A stretch of DNA of 64,000 nucleotides, taken from positions 608,001 to 672,000 of the forward strand of contig CBDCXR010000004.1 in assembly GCA_965223845.1 (NCBI GenBank), in the 5' to 3' direction. The notes beneath the pieces were generated by a model, which saw only the letters and a list, made by a program, of their open reading frames with translations, was not told the DNA's origin and ran no database searches. The DNA comes from Planctomycetota bacterium (GTDB lineage: Bacteria > Planctomycetota > UBA8108 > SXIK01). Position numbers and translations under genes: made by a program. Below are positions 19,742-28,897 of the stretch, piece by piece. How positions within the stretch are numbered: position 1 is the first letter of the stretch; every line of letters begins with the position of its first letter.

Positions 19742-20757
19742 ACGAGACGGGGATCACGATCGAATCCGCTCTCGCGAAGATCGCCGGCGGTCACTCGCTC
19801 GCGCGCGACGAAGCGCGGGCGGTGATGGGAAGCCTCCTCTCCGGCGGGGCGACGCCCGCTCAGACGGGTGCCCTTCTCATGGGGCTCCGAGTTCGAGGCG
19901 AGACGCTCGACGAGATCCTCGGGTTCGTCGAGGGGATGCGCGCGGCGGCGGTGGCGATCGCTCCCGCCCGCGACGTCGTCGTCGATCTCTGCGGCACGGG
20001 AGGCGATGGCAGCGGGACGTTCAACATCTCGACGGCCGCATCGCTCGTCGTCGCGGCCACCGGCGTCGCGGTCGCGAAGCATGGCAACCGCGCGGCCTCG
20101 AGTCGGTGCGGGAGCGCGGACGTCCTCGAAGCCCTCGGGATCCCGATCGACCTCGAGCCCGAGCGCGCGCGAGCGGCGATCGAAGCGACGGGCTTCGCGT
20201 TTCTTTTCGCACCGCACTACCACCCGGCGATGAAGCACGTCGGTCCCGTTCGGCGCGAGCTCAAGACGCGGACGGTCTTCAACATCATGGGTCCGCTCGC
20301 GAGTCCGGCGGGAGTGAAGCGACAGCTTCTCGGCGTCTTCGACGACGAAGCGCGCCCGCTCATGGCCGAGGTTCTCCACGGTCTCGGCACCGAGCACGCG
20401 TGGGTCGTCCACGGCGAGGGCGGACTCGACGAGATGAACATCGCGGGAACGACGCGCGTGAGTGTCGTCACGCCGGGGGGCATCGAGGAGCGCGAGGTGG
20501 CGCCCGCCGACGCCGGTCTCGAGCTTCGTTCGCTCGACGAGCTCGCCGGCGGGGACGCCGAGGAAAACGCCGAGATGATTCGCGCCATCCTTCGGGGAGA
20601 CTCGGGTTCGCCGCGCGATGCGGTTGTCTTCAATGCGGGCGTCGCGATTCACGTCGCCGGCGCGGCGGTGGATCTCCGCACCGGTGTCGAGGCCGCGGCG
20701 GCGGCGATCGACGACGGGCGAGCCGCTCGCTTGCTCGACGAGCTGAGGTCGAGCTGA
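19738..20757 (+). CDS. trpD: Anthranilate phosphoribosyltransferase
   Basis: CGTGGDG, FNIST, KHGNRAASSRCGSADVLEALG, GLDE; GTGA overlap. Confidence 0.96.
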   Translation: MNETGITIESALAKIAGGHSLARDEARAVMGSLLSGGATPAQTGALLMGLRVRGETLDEILGFVEGMRAAAVAIAPARDVVVDLCGTGGDGSGTFNISTAASLVVAATGVAVAKHGNRAASSRCGSADVLEALGIPIDLEPERARAAIEATGFAFLFAPHYHPAMKHVGPVRRELKTRTVFNIMGPLASPAGVKRQLLGVFDDEARPLMAEVLHGLGTEHAWVVHGEGGLDEMNIAGTTRVSVVTPGGIEEREVAPADAGLELRSLDELAGGDAEENAEMIRAILRGDSGSPRDAVVFNAGVAIHVAGAAVDLRTGVEAAAAAIDDGRAARLLDELRSS

Positions 20758-20784
20758 GAACCGGCGAAGGAGCGAACTCGCGCG

Positions 20785-21594
20785 ATGGGAACCATTCTCG
20801 ATGAGATCGTCGCCCACAAGCGACTCGAGGTCGAACGAGCGGCGCGCGCGGTTCCCCTCGCGGACGTCGAGGCCGCTCTAACCCGCGCGACACCGCCGCG
20901 CGGATTCGCGCGCGCCCTCGAGCGCGACGGCGCCGGCCGGACCGCGATCATCGCCGAAGTGAAGAAGGCTTCGCCGTCACGCGGCATCATTCGAGCGGAC
21001 TTCGATCCCGTCGCCATCGCTCGCGCGTACGAGCGCGGCGGGGCTTCTGCGGTGAGCGTTCTCACCGACGAGAAGTACTTTCAGGGGCGGCTCGAGTTTC
21101 TTCGCGACGTTCGGGATGCGATCTCACTCCCGGTACTCCGAAAAGACTTCATCGTGAGCGACTATCAAATCATCGAGGCGCGCGCTGCGGGAGCGGATGC
21201 GATCCTCCTCATCCTCGCCGCCCTTTCGGACGACCGCGAGCTCGTTCGCTTCGCGCGCCGCGCGGAGGATCTCGGCATGGACGTCCTCTGGGAGGTGCAC
21301 GACCGGGCCGAGCTCGATCGTCTGCTCTCGCTCGATGCCTCGCCGCGGATCGTCGGCGTCAACAATCGCAATCTTCGCACCTTCGCGGTCAGCCTCGAGA
21401 CGACCCGCAGTCTACTCCCGGCGATCCCCACCGCGGCGGTGAAGGTTAGCGAGAGCGGCTTCTTCGGGCGCGCGGAGCTCGCGGAGATGGAGGGCTGGGG
21501 CGTCGATGCGTTCCTCATCGGGGAGAGCCTCATGCGGGCTTCGGACCCGGAGCTCGCGCTCCGCGCGCTCGTTCGAAACGAGGCGGCGTCGTGA
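20785..21594 (+). CDS. trpC: Indole-3-glycerol phosphate synthase
   Basis: IAEVKKASPSRG, SVLTDEKYFQG, LRKDF, GVNNRNL, SESG, LIGESLM. Confidence 0.96.
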   Translation: MGTILDEIVAHKRLEVERAARAVPLADVEAALTRATPPRGFARALERDGAGRTAIIAEVKKASPSRGIIRADFDPVAIARAYERGGASAVSVLTDEKYFQGRLEFLRDVRDAISLPVLRKDFIVSDYQIIEARAAGADAILLILAALSDDRELVRFARRAEDLGMDVLWEVHDRAELDRLLSLDASPRIVGVNNRNLRTFAVSLETTRSLLPAIPTAAVKVSESGFFGRAELAEMEGWGVDAFLIGESLMRASDPELALRALVRNEAAS

Positions 21595-22211
21595 CGGTGC
21601 GGGTGAAGGTGTGCGGGATCCGGCGGCGCGAGGACGCCGAGCTCGCCGTCGATCTCGGCGCGTGGGCACTCGGGTTCATCTTCCACCCGCCGTCCCCGCG
21701 CGCGATCGAACCCGCGGATGCTGCCGCGATCGTCCGGGAGCTTCCGATCGGCGTGGAGAAGGTCGGCGTCTTCGTCGATCGCGACCGCGAGGAAGTCGAA
21801 CGCATCGCGCGCGAAGTCGGGCTCTCGCTCGTCCAGCTCCACGGGCGCGAGTCTCCGGAGTACTGTGCAGCCGTCACGGGAGCGCGCGTGCTGAAGGCGC
21901 TACGGGTCGGCAAGGAGTTCGATCCCGCCCTCGTCGAGAAGTACACGCGCTGGGCGATCCTTCTCGATACGTACCGTCCCGGGCTCCCCGGAGGGACCGG
22001 CGAGACGTTCGACTGGACGGTTGCCCGCGACATCGGCCGGACGACGCCCGTCCTCCTCGCCGGCGGACTCGGGCCCGAAAATGTCGCCGAGGCGATCCGG
22101 ACTGCGGCGCCGCTCGGCGTCGACGTCTCGAGCGGCGTCGAGAGCGCGCCGGGCGTCAAGGATCACGACCGTCTGCGGAAGCTCTTCGACGAGGTGCGGG
22201 CCGCTTCTTAG
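21591..22211 (+). CDS. trpF: Phosphoribosylanthranilate isomerase
   Basis: VKVCGI, SPR, VQLHG, GGTGETFDW, LAGGL, GVDVSSGVE. Confidence 0.96.
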   Translation: MTVRVKVCGIRRREDAELAVDLGAWALGFIFHPPSPRAIEPADAAAIVRELPIGVEKVGVFVDRDREEVERIAREVGLSLVQLHGRESPEYCAAVTGARVLKALRVGKEFDPALVEKYTRWAILLDTYRPGLPGGTGETFDWTVARDIGRTTPVLLAGGLGPENVAEAIRTAAPLGVDVSSGVESAPGVKDHDRLRKLFDEVRAAS

Positions 22212-22335
22212 CGATCTGCGCGAGGAGTTGGCTTCGGCGCCACCCCGACCACCCGGAGATCGGTGGGCGAAGAGGCGAGTCTCACCGTCGGAGAAATCGG
22301 GCCGGGAAGCCAGTGCCGGGGCCCGGGTGAGGCGG

Positions 22336-22473
22336 TCATCCCCGCCAGCGCGAATCGTTACGCTTCTTCCGCGGGCGCGTGAGCAGGAAGTACGCGGGAG
22401 TGACCACGAGGATCGCGGCGAGAACGTACCAATACGCGGGGACGGCTCCGACGGGAAAGAAGGGCGAGGTCAT
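22336..22473 (-). CDS. Small single-pass membrane protein (45 aa), candidate
   Basis: MTSPFFPVGAVPAYWYVLAAILVVTPAYFLLTRPRKKRNDSRWRG: hydrophobic helix plus basic tail, just downstream of rpsU. Confidence 0.45.
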   Translation of the reverse strand: MTSPFFPVGAVPAYWYVLAAILVVTPAYFLLTRPRKKRNDSRWRG

Positions 22474-22526
22474 CGCCGAACGTCGCTCCCGGGTGGCGGG
22501 GGAGTGCGCGAGTCGTCCGCGTGCGA

Positions 22527-22733
22527 TCAGCGGCGGCGCTTTGCCGCGCGACGAGCGGCCTTCGCGAGGGCTCGAACCTGTTCCTTGGCTTCGCGTCGCC
22601 GGCGTTCGGACGGCTTCTCGAAGTACGCGCGCTTCTTGCACTCGCGGAGGATGCCTTCCTTGGAACAGATGCGCTTGAACCGTTGGAGGAGCTTCTCCGC
22701 CGGTTCGCCCGGGCGGCTCGTTACCTTGATCAC
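22527..22733 (-). CDS. rpsU: 30S ribosomal protein bS21
   Basis: VIKVTSRPGEPAEKLLQRFKRICSKEGILRECKKRAYFEKPSERRRR; GTG start. Confidence 0.92.
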   Translation of the reverse strand: MIKVTSRPGEPAEKLLQRFKRICSKEGILRECKKRAYFEKPSERRRREAKEQVRALAKAARRAAKRRR

Positions 22734-22882
22734 TCTGCGGTGTCCCTTCGTTCTCGACGACTCGGAAGAATCAAACGACGAAGACCTCCGAGCGTCGACG
22801 GCTGGCCGTGGCGTCGGGGGGTCGTAGACGGCGTCCGGGGACGCCGAGAGGAGCGTTTGCCCGTAGGAAAGGCAAACCGCTA

Positions 22883-22910
22883 AGTATACCTCGGCGGGAA
22901 GGGGCGGCAA
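22883..22910 (-). promoter_or_regulatory. Sigma70-type promoter for rpsU
   Basis: Minus strand TTGCCG, 16 nt, TATACT; followed by hairpin GTTTGCC/GGCAAAC near the predicted 5' end. Confidence 0.5.
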
Positions 22911-23079
22911 GCCCGTCCGCGCGTGGATTCTCGGCCGGATCGGGAGTTGCGACCACCCTCGCCTCCGGCGGAAGCCCGTCTCCGCCGCTTCGCCGAGTCC
23001 TCCGCGCCCCTCGCGGCCGCATCGTCGCGGCGGGCGGAGGAGTAGAATCGGCGGAACATTCCGGGTAAGACCGCTCGCC

Positions 23080-24723
23080 ATGACGCGGCGAGATCTCGAT
23101 TCCGCCCCCGACGGCGACGGCGACGGCGACCGCGGCTCGGAGCGACCTCTCGAGCCGTCGGCCGACGACGGCGGTCGAGGCGACGTCCGGCGCACGCTCC
23201 TCGTCGGCGGGCTCACGCTCCTCAGCCGCGTCGCTGGTCTCGTCCGAGAAGCGACCCTAGCGCTCTTTCTCGGGACCGGCGTCGCGATGGACGCCTTCCG
23301 CGTCGCGTTCCTGCTCCCGAATCTGCTCCGCCGCCTGGTCGGCGAGGGGGCGATCTCGAGCGTCTTCGTCGCGGTCTACAGTCGCCGGCGCGGCGACACG
23401 ACGGTCTTCGTCGACAAGTTCCTCACCCTGTGGTTCTCGCTCGCCGCACTGCTGACGATCGCGGGCGTCGTTCTCGTCGGACCGTGCGCGCGCGCGGTCC
23501 GGCCGCTCCTCGGGGACGGCGCGCTCGCGGAACCGGAGAACCTCGAGCTCACGATCGACGTCACGCGGGTCGTCTTCTGGTACCTCTTCTTCGTCGGGAG
23601 CATGGCGGCGCTTCACGGCGTCCTCAACGCCCGCGGCCGCTTCGGCGCGCCCGCCGGAGTTCCCCTTCTCTTCAACGTCGTCTTCGTCGGCTCGACGTTC
23701 GCTCTCGCGCCGTTCTTTCCGGCGGACACCGTCGTGTTCGCCGTCGCCTTCGCGGCCGTGTTGGGTGGGATCGCTCAGCTCGCATTTCTACTTCGTGTTC
23801 TCTGGCGGGCGGGTGCGCGCTTCCGCCTGCGGAATCCGTTCGACGATCCCTCGATTCGCGAGATCCTCCGCCTGCTCGTGCCCGGCGTACTCGGTGCGGG
23901 GGTGTACCAAATCAACATCGTCCTCAATACGGTCATCGCTGCGCGGCTCCCCGAGGGCGCAGTCTCTTCGCTCGGCTACTCGAACCGCTTCATGGAATTC
24001 GTGCTCGGAATCTTCGTCGTCGCGCTGAGCACCGTCAGCTTGACGTCGCTCTCGCGCGTCGCGGCGAGCGGTGATCGGGATGAGCTCGCGCGTCGATCGG
24101 CGAGGATGCTGCGACTCGTCGTCGTCGTGACGATTCCGAGCACGGTGGGGCTCTTCTTCATTCACGAGCCGATGATCGCCCTCATCCTCCGCGCGGGGGC
24201 ATTCCAGGACGAGTCACTGCGCCTGACCGCCGCAGCGTTTCGCTTTCACGTGTTCGGACTCGTCTCGGTCGGAATCGTCCGCGCCATCGTCGCTACGTTC
24301 CACGCGCAGAAAAACCTGCGCACGCCGATCCTCGTCTCTCTCGTCGTCGTGCCCGTCGACGTCGTGCTCGCCGCGGTCCTCTCCTCGGGAACGCTCGGTC
24401 ACCGAGGGATCGCGCTCGCGTCGAGCGCCGCCGCGGCGCTCCACGCGACTCTCCTTCTCGGCGCCTATGCGCGCACGCTGCCTCGGGCCTCGCTCGAAGG
24501 CGTCGCCGGGACGATCGGAAAGACGCTGATCGCCTCGGGTGCGATGGCCGGAGTCCTCTACGGGTTCTCGGTCGTCTGGGCTGCGCCCGAAGAAAAGCTT
24601 CTTCAGACGGCTTGGCTCGCCGTCGCCGTCGGTGCGGGCGCGGTGACGTACGCGGGCTCGGCTCGGCTTTTCCGGCTGGAGGAAGTGAGCCTGCTCGTGC
24701 GGAGTGTGATCCCTAAGAAGTGA
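23080..24723 (+). CDS. murJ: Lipid II flippase MurJ (MviN)
   Basis: SRVAGLVRE, DAFRVAFLLPNLLRRLVGEGA, YQINI, YSNRFMEF, RAGAF, many TM helices. Confidence 0.93.
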   Translation: MTRRDLDSAPDGDGDGDRGSERPLEPSADDGGRGDVRRTLLVGGLTLLSRVAGLVREATLALFLGTGVAMDAFRVAFLLPNLLRRLVGEGAISSVFVAVYSRRRGDTTVFVDKFLTLWFSLAALLTIAGVVLVGPCARAVRPLLGDGALAEPENLELTIDVTRVVFWYLFFVGSMAALHGVLNARGRFGAPAGVPLLFNVVFVGSTFALAPFFPADTVVFAVAFAAVLGGIAQLAFLLRVLWRAGARFRLRNPFDDPSIREILRLLVPGVLGAGVYQINIVLNTVIAARLPEGAVSSLGYSNRFMEFVLGIFVVALSTVSLTSLSRVAASGDRDELARRSARMLRLVVVVTIPSTVGLFFIHEPMIALILRAGAFQDESLRLTAAAFRFHVFGLVSVGIVRAIVATFHAQKNLRTPILVSLVVVPVDVVLAAVLSSGTLGHRGIALASSAAAALHATLLLGAYARTLPRASLEGVAGTIGKTLIASGAMAGVLYGFSVVWAAPEEKLLQTAWLAVAVGAGAVTYAGSARLFRLEEVSLLVRSVIPKK

Positions 24724-24725
24724 TT

Positions 24726-24760
24726 CACCACGAAGGGCACGAAGGTAAGAGGGTGGTGGT
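24726..24760. repeat. Short CACGAAGG direct repeat inside a CACCAC/GTGGTG hairpin between convergent genes
   Basis: CACGAAGG at 24729 and 24738 (9-nt period); flanking inverted arms. Confidence 0.4.
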
Positions 24761-24792
24761 CGGTCTCTCCCCCTCTCCGACCCCCTCTAGCC

Positions 24793-27700
24793 TCAGAACT
24801 TCACGAACCAAAAGATCGTGTGAGTCGTCCGCCCCTCCGCCCGGCGCCGACCGTAGAGATTGAACAGCACGCTCAGCTCTTCCTCACCCGTCGTGTCGTC
24901 TCGCGTATACGTGTAGAAGGGATGGATCGCGAACTGCCGCGACGTCTCGGTCTGCCGGTTGAGATAGAGTCCGAGCAGCACTCGTGACTCGAAGTAGTCG
25001 GGACGCTGTGGGTTGCTCGAGCGATCGTAGAGCGCCCAGAGGATCGAGAGGTAGCGTTCGCCGCCTTCCCCCTCGAGGCGATTCACGGGAAAGAGGAAAC
25101 GCCACGGTCGGGTATAGCGGATGGGTGCGTCACCGAAGTCTTCCGAGTAATAGAACGGAAACACGCCCCAGAAGGATGCGTCACCCTTCTTCGCGCCGAG
25201 CGCGAAGGGAATCGCGTGGAACGACCAATCGTCTCCTCGACGGTCGTACGCGAAGAGGTGAAAGAGCGACCCCCAGCCGTGACCGTCCGCTCCGGAGCGG
25301 ATCCAGAAGAGCCACGGGTCGAAGCGATACACGGTCTCCGACGCGGTGGAGAAGCGTTTCGAGAGGAAGAGAAAGCGCGAGACCCAGAAATCGCCGGCGG
25401 ACTCTCCCGTTTCGTCGGCGTGCAGCGGCCACACGCGGACGGCGTGGAGGCTCGCTTCGTTCCGATAGAAGAGCGACGGCCAGAGCTCGAAGCTGAGCGA
25501 GTCGCGCGCGTCCTGCAGGTGAAAGAGCGGGAAGAGCGCGTAGTAGTCGGACCGCGTCGAGCGGCTGTGGTATCCGAAGAGGGGGAAGAGGAAGAGGTGC
25601 TCGCGGTCGAGCTCCCACTCGTTCCCGACGATCTGGCGTTCGCGCTTTCCTTGCCAGTAGACCGGGAAAAACCGGTAGTTCGTCGAGCGCTCCCCACGAG
25701 CCTCTCGAGCTTCGAAGTGAAGCGCGGGCGTAAATTCGAGGACGTACGATTCCGGCGATCGTTCGTAGTTGAACAGCGGATAGAGGAGTCGAAGACGTTT
25801 CGACTGACTCGGCTCGTCGACTTTCCAGTCCGCGAGAAGCTGACCGAATGTCCAGCGGTGGCCGCCCTTCCACGTCTCGCGATCGAAGAGATAAAAATAG
25901 CGGAGGAAGCTGGGACTGTAGGCGCGGGTTTGGTTCTGCCCGAAGTAGAAGGGAAAGAGCGCGAGCGTGTCCGCGTGGTCGTCGTGCGCAGAGTAGTAGA
26001 ACGGAAGGACCCAAGCGCCTCGCTCACCGTTCGCGCGGCGGTACCAGCGGGAGAGCGGCCAGAGGACGCCTCGTTCGGACGAGAGCAACTCCCGCGTCGG
26101 CGCCTCGCCCTCACCGGCGCCGAGCGGGTTCAGATGCGATCCGCTCTCGGCGGAGGGCGGCGACTCGGCCTCCGCTAGGGGGAAGAGATCGGGCGCGCTC
26201 GGATCCGCGTCGCGATCGACTCCTCCCGGCGGCACCGCGGAGTCTTCGCTCGGCGCATCGACCGCCGGGGGCGTGGGCTCCGAAGATTCGTCCGAACTCT
26301 CTCGGGCCCCGCCCTCGAGCGCTTCGGCCTTCGCCGCCTCGGCGACGAGCGCTCTCCCTTCGGGCGTCCAACCGGGTCCGTCCCGCCCCCCGATCGAACC
26401 GTCGCTCGGGAGCGTCGAGTAGACGTCCTTTGCGAGGAAGAGGTTACCGAGCGTAAGCGAGAGGTGGTACTCCTCGCGGACCGCGCTGTCGGCGATGCGA
26501 TGCGAATAGTAGAACGGGGCGACGATGGTGCGGTCGACCGGCGGCGTCCGGGTTTTCCAGTAGAGCGGCGGCAAGACGTGCGAGTGAGATGCGTCGCGGT
26601 CGAACTCGCGCTCGAAGGAAGCGAGCGACCAGAGGAGGTCGAGTCGCCGCCGCACGACATCGCCCGAGTCGTTCCGTTCCTTCGTTCGGATGACAGTGCC
26701 GGCGGCGTAGTAGTCGCGCGACACTCTCTCGGAGTCATAGCGGCCGTAGAACGGGATGAAGTGACGGTGGGTCCCCGCCGGACCGTCCTGCTGGTAATAG
26801 AAGAGTGAAACGAGGAAGTCGCTCGTCTCGCCCTCTCGCGACACCCAGCCGAGCGGGAGCAGTCGGTAGTGATAGCCGTCGTCCCGCGACTCGGCGCGAA
26901 AGATGGGCCACGCGAGTCCGAGCCCGAAGCCCCGAGATTCGCCCTCCGTATCGAAGAAGCGCGTCTGCGAGTAGGCCGGCCAGAGCACGTGAAGCTGGTG
27001 ACGCGACGGGAACGACCGGTGAAGGACGAACGGGAGCGCGTAGACCTCGGTCGATGTCCGGGTCCGTCGATCGAAGTAGAGGGGGATGAAAAGATGCCAG
27101 CTCCGATTGGCGCTCCCAGATTCCCACCACAGCGGAAAGCCGAAGCCGAAGGAATCGTTCGGCTCGCCCCACGCGAAGTACGTCGGAACGCCGTAGCGAA
27201 AAAAGCGGTCCATCTCGCCACCGGCCAGCCGCTGGTGCTCGATGCCGAGCGGGATCACGAACCGCCAGCGCCGCTGTTCGTTGAACGTGTCGTAGTAGGG
27301 GAAGAACCAGCGGTTGCCCCGGCTCCCGTCGGGCTCGACGTCGTGGTAGAAGAGCGGGAAGAGGAAGGACGTCGACGTCTTTCCCGTCTCGATCGTGTGT
27401 CGCCGGCGAAAGAGACCGAGAAGAGAACCCCAGCCGATTTCGTTGTCGTTCCGCCAGTAGTGGTAGAACGGCCGAAACGCGATGGAAAACGCGTCGTCGG
27501 ACCGCGCGTAATGGAAAAACGGAAACGGCGCGTCGATGCGCCGGCTCGTTCCCGGCCCGCCGCCGAACCGGGAGAGAATCGGTCCGACGTACACGTCGAC
27601 CCCCGCTCCGTCGGACGTGTATCCGTAGAAGGGGAACACCCACTGATAGCGATTCGGACCGCGATCGCCGACGAGAAAGAACGGGACGACCGCGAGATGC

Positions 27701-28629
27701 CCGCCGTCGACGTCACGTCCGCGCCAGTAGAACGGAAAGAGGTACGTCGAGCCGTGATCCCGATCGCCGGCGCGCACCCACGACGACTTGTAGAGCGGCA
27801 GTCCGCCCTCCGTCTCGTCCCACCAATTGAAAAGGTTGAGCGCCGTCCGGTCCGTGCGCAAATCGGTGATGCGCGATTCCGCGAGCTCGAGGATGTACGG
27901 CAGACCGAGACGCGTTCGAACGACGGTCTCCTGGGGGTTTCGCTGGTCGGTGCGGTGGCGGAAGAGCGGGAAGAGAACGTGGTGCGTGCTCAGCTGGTGA
28001 CCGTCGGACGCCGTGTGCGCCCAGAACGGGACGAGCGCGCGAAATCCTCCTTGAGCGCTTTGAAAATCGTAGTAGAGCGGCAGAGACAGCCGGTACGACT
28101 CGTCCTCGCTGTCACCGCTGAAGTAGAGAAGCGGGAAGAGATGAAACGTCGATGACTTTGGGTCGACGTTCTCCGACCGATAGAAGAACGGCGCGAGCAG
28201 TCGCGAGTAGCTGCCGTCGGGCCGCGACGTCGTCCGGTAGAGATACAGGATGTTGCGGACGGTAGTTTCGTCGGCGGTGCGGTAGTAGTGCTCGTAGAGG
28301 GGAAAGAGCTGCGGCCCGAGCCACTCGTAGACGTCGCCGCGGTCGCTCGGCGGCGGATCGGCGGACGCCGCCCCGTCCGGGGCGCTCGGCGGGGTGGCCT
28401 CACCGCTCGGCGCCGGTGGGGGAGTGTCCCCGTCTTCGGGCGTCTCCTGCGCCGCGATCGGCCACGTAAGCAGAGTGATCGCGAAGAGAACCGCGACGCG
28501 GGTCCGATCCGCGAGCCACGCCCGTCCGAGAGTTCGGGCGTCTCCTGCGCGGCTTCCGTTCCGCGCTCGCATCCCATCCGCGCTGGCTGGCATCGCCTGG
28601 ATTGCGGCTCCTCGCTGAGTTCTCTTCAC
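24793..28629 (-). CDS. Large exported aromatic-rich repeat protein of unknown function
   Basis: 1278-aa ORF, signal-like segment VAVLFAITLLTWPIAAQ, many (L/F/W)P(L/F)(F/Y) repeats, C-terminal Phe; start uncertain (28629, 28593 or 28572). Confidence 0.8.
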   Translation of the reverse strand: MKRTQRGAAIQAMPASADGMRARNGSRAGDARTLGRAWLADRTRVAVLFAITLLTWPIAAQETPEDGDTPPPAPSGEATPPSAPDGAASADPPPSDRGDVYEWLGPQLFPLYEHYYRTADETTVRNILYLYRTTSRPDGSYSRLLAPFFYRSENVDPKSSTFHLFPLLYFSGDSEDESYRLSLPLYYDFQSAQGGFRALVPFWAHTASDGHQLSTHHVLFPLFRHRTDQRNPQETVVRTRLGLPYILELAESRITDLRTDRTALNLFNWWDETEGGLPLYKSSWVRAGDRDHGSTYLFPFYWRGRDVDGGHLAVVPFFLVGDRGPNRYQWVFPFYGYTSDGAGVDVYVGPILSRFGGGPGTSRRIDAPFPFFHYARSDDAFSIAFRPFYHYWRNDNEIGWGSLLGLFRRRHTIETGKTSTSFLFPLFYHDVEPDGSRGNRWFFPYYDTFNEQRRWRFVIPLGIEHQRLAGGEMDRFFRYGVPTYFAWGEPNDSFGFGFPLWWESGSANRSWHLFIPLYFDRRTRTSTEVYALPFVLHRSFPSRHQLHVLWPAYSQTRFFDTEGESRGFGLGLAWPIFRAESRDDGYHYRLLPLGWVSREGETSDFLVSLFYYQQDGPAGTHRHFIPFYGRYDSERVSRDYYAAGTVIRTKERNDSGDVVRRRLDLLWSLASFEREFDRDASHSHVLPPLYWKTRTPPVDRTIVAPFYYSHRIADSAVREEYHLSLTLGNLFLAKDVYSTLPSDGSIGGRDGPGWTPEGRALVAEAAKAEALEGGARESSDESSEPTPPAVDAPSEDSAVPPGGVDRDADPSAPDLFPLAEAESPPSAESGSHLNPLGAGEGEAPTRELLSSERGVLWPLSRWYRRANGERGAWVLPFYYSAHDDHADTLALFPFYFGQNQTRAYSPSFLRYFYLFDRETWKGGHRWTFGQLLADWKVDEPSQSKRLRLLYPLFNYERSPESYVLEFTPALHFEAREARGERSTNYRFFPVYWQGKRERQIVGNEWELDREHLFLFPLFGYHSRSTRSDYYALFPLFHLQDARDSLSFELWPSLFYRNEASLHAVRVWPLHADETGESAGDFWVSRFLFLSKRFSTASETVYRFDPWLFWIRSGADGHGWGSLFHLFAYDRRGDDWSFHAIPFALGAKKGDASFWGVFPFYYSEDFGDAPIRYTRPWRFLFPVNRLEGEGGERYLSILWALYDRSSNPQRPDYFESRVLLGLYLNRQTETSRQFAIHPFYTYTRDDTTGEEELSVLFNLYGRRRAEGRTTHTIFWFVKF

Positions 28630-28645
28630 ACCCGCGTTCTCTTCT

Positions 28646-28680
28646 CGCGCGTTGTCTCCGCGCGCGTTGTCTCCGCGCGC
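28646..28680. repeat. 15-bp tandem repeat (CGCGCGTTGTCTCCG, about 2.3 copies)
   Basis: Identical units at 28646-28660 and 28661-28675 plus a partial copy. Confidence 0.7.
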
Positions 28681-28897
28681 AATCTACCTGATGGGTCCGG
28701 CAGGCGAAATCAAGAAAACGAGACCCTGCGGCTTGATTTCAAACCCTCCGCATCTATTTTTCTCTACCGTCCGATCCAGCCGATTCCGTCGTCGTTTTCT
28801 CTCCGCGAGCGTCTCTCCACGCGCAGTCGGATTCGCGCTCGCCGGCCGTTCCGAGTGCTTGCGCCGACGCCGCAGTGAATCACCCGAAGGAAGTTCC

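Noticed and set aside
22853-22880. c-di-GMP-I riboswitch-like GGCAAAC
   Set aside because: No downstream GAAA/GACGCAAA elements; explained as a simple hairpin in the rpsU leader.
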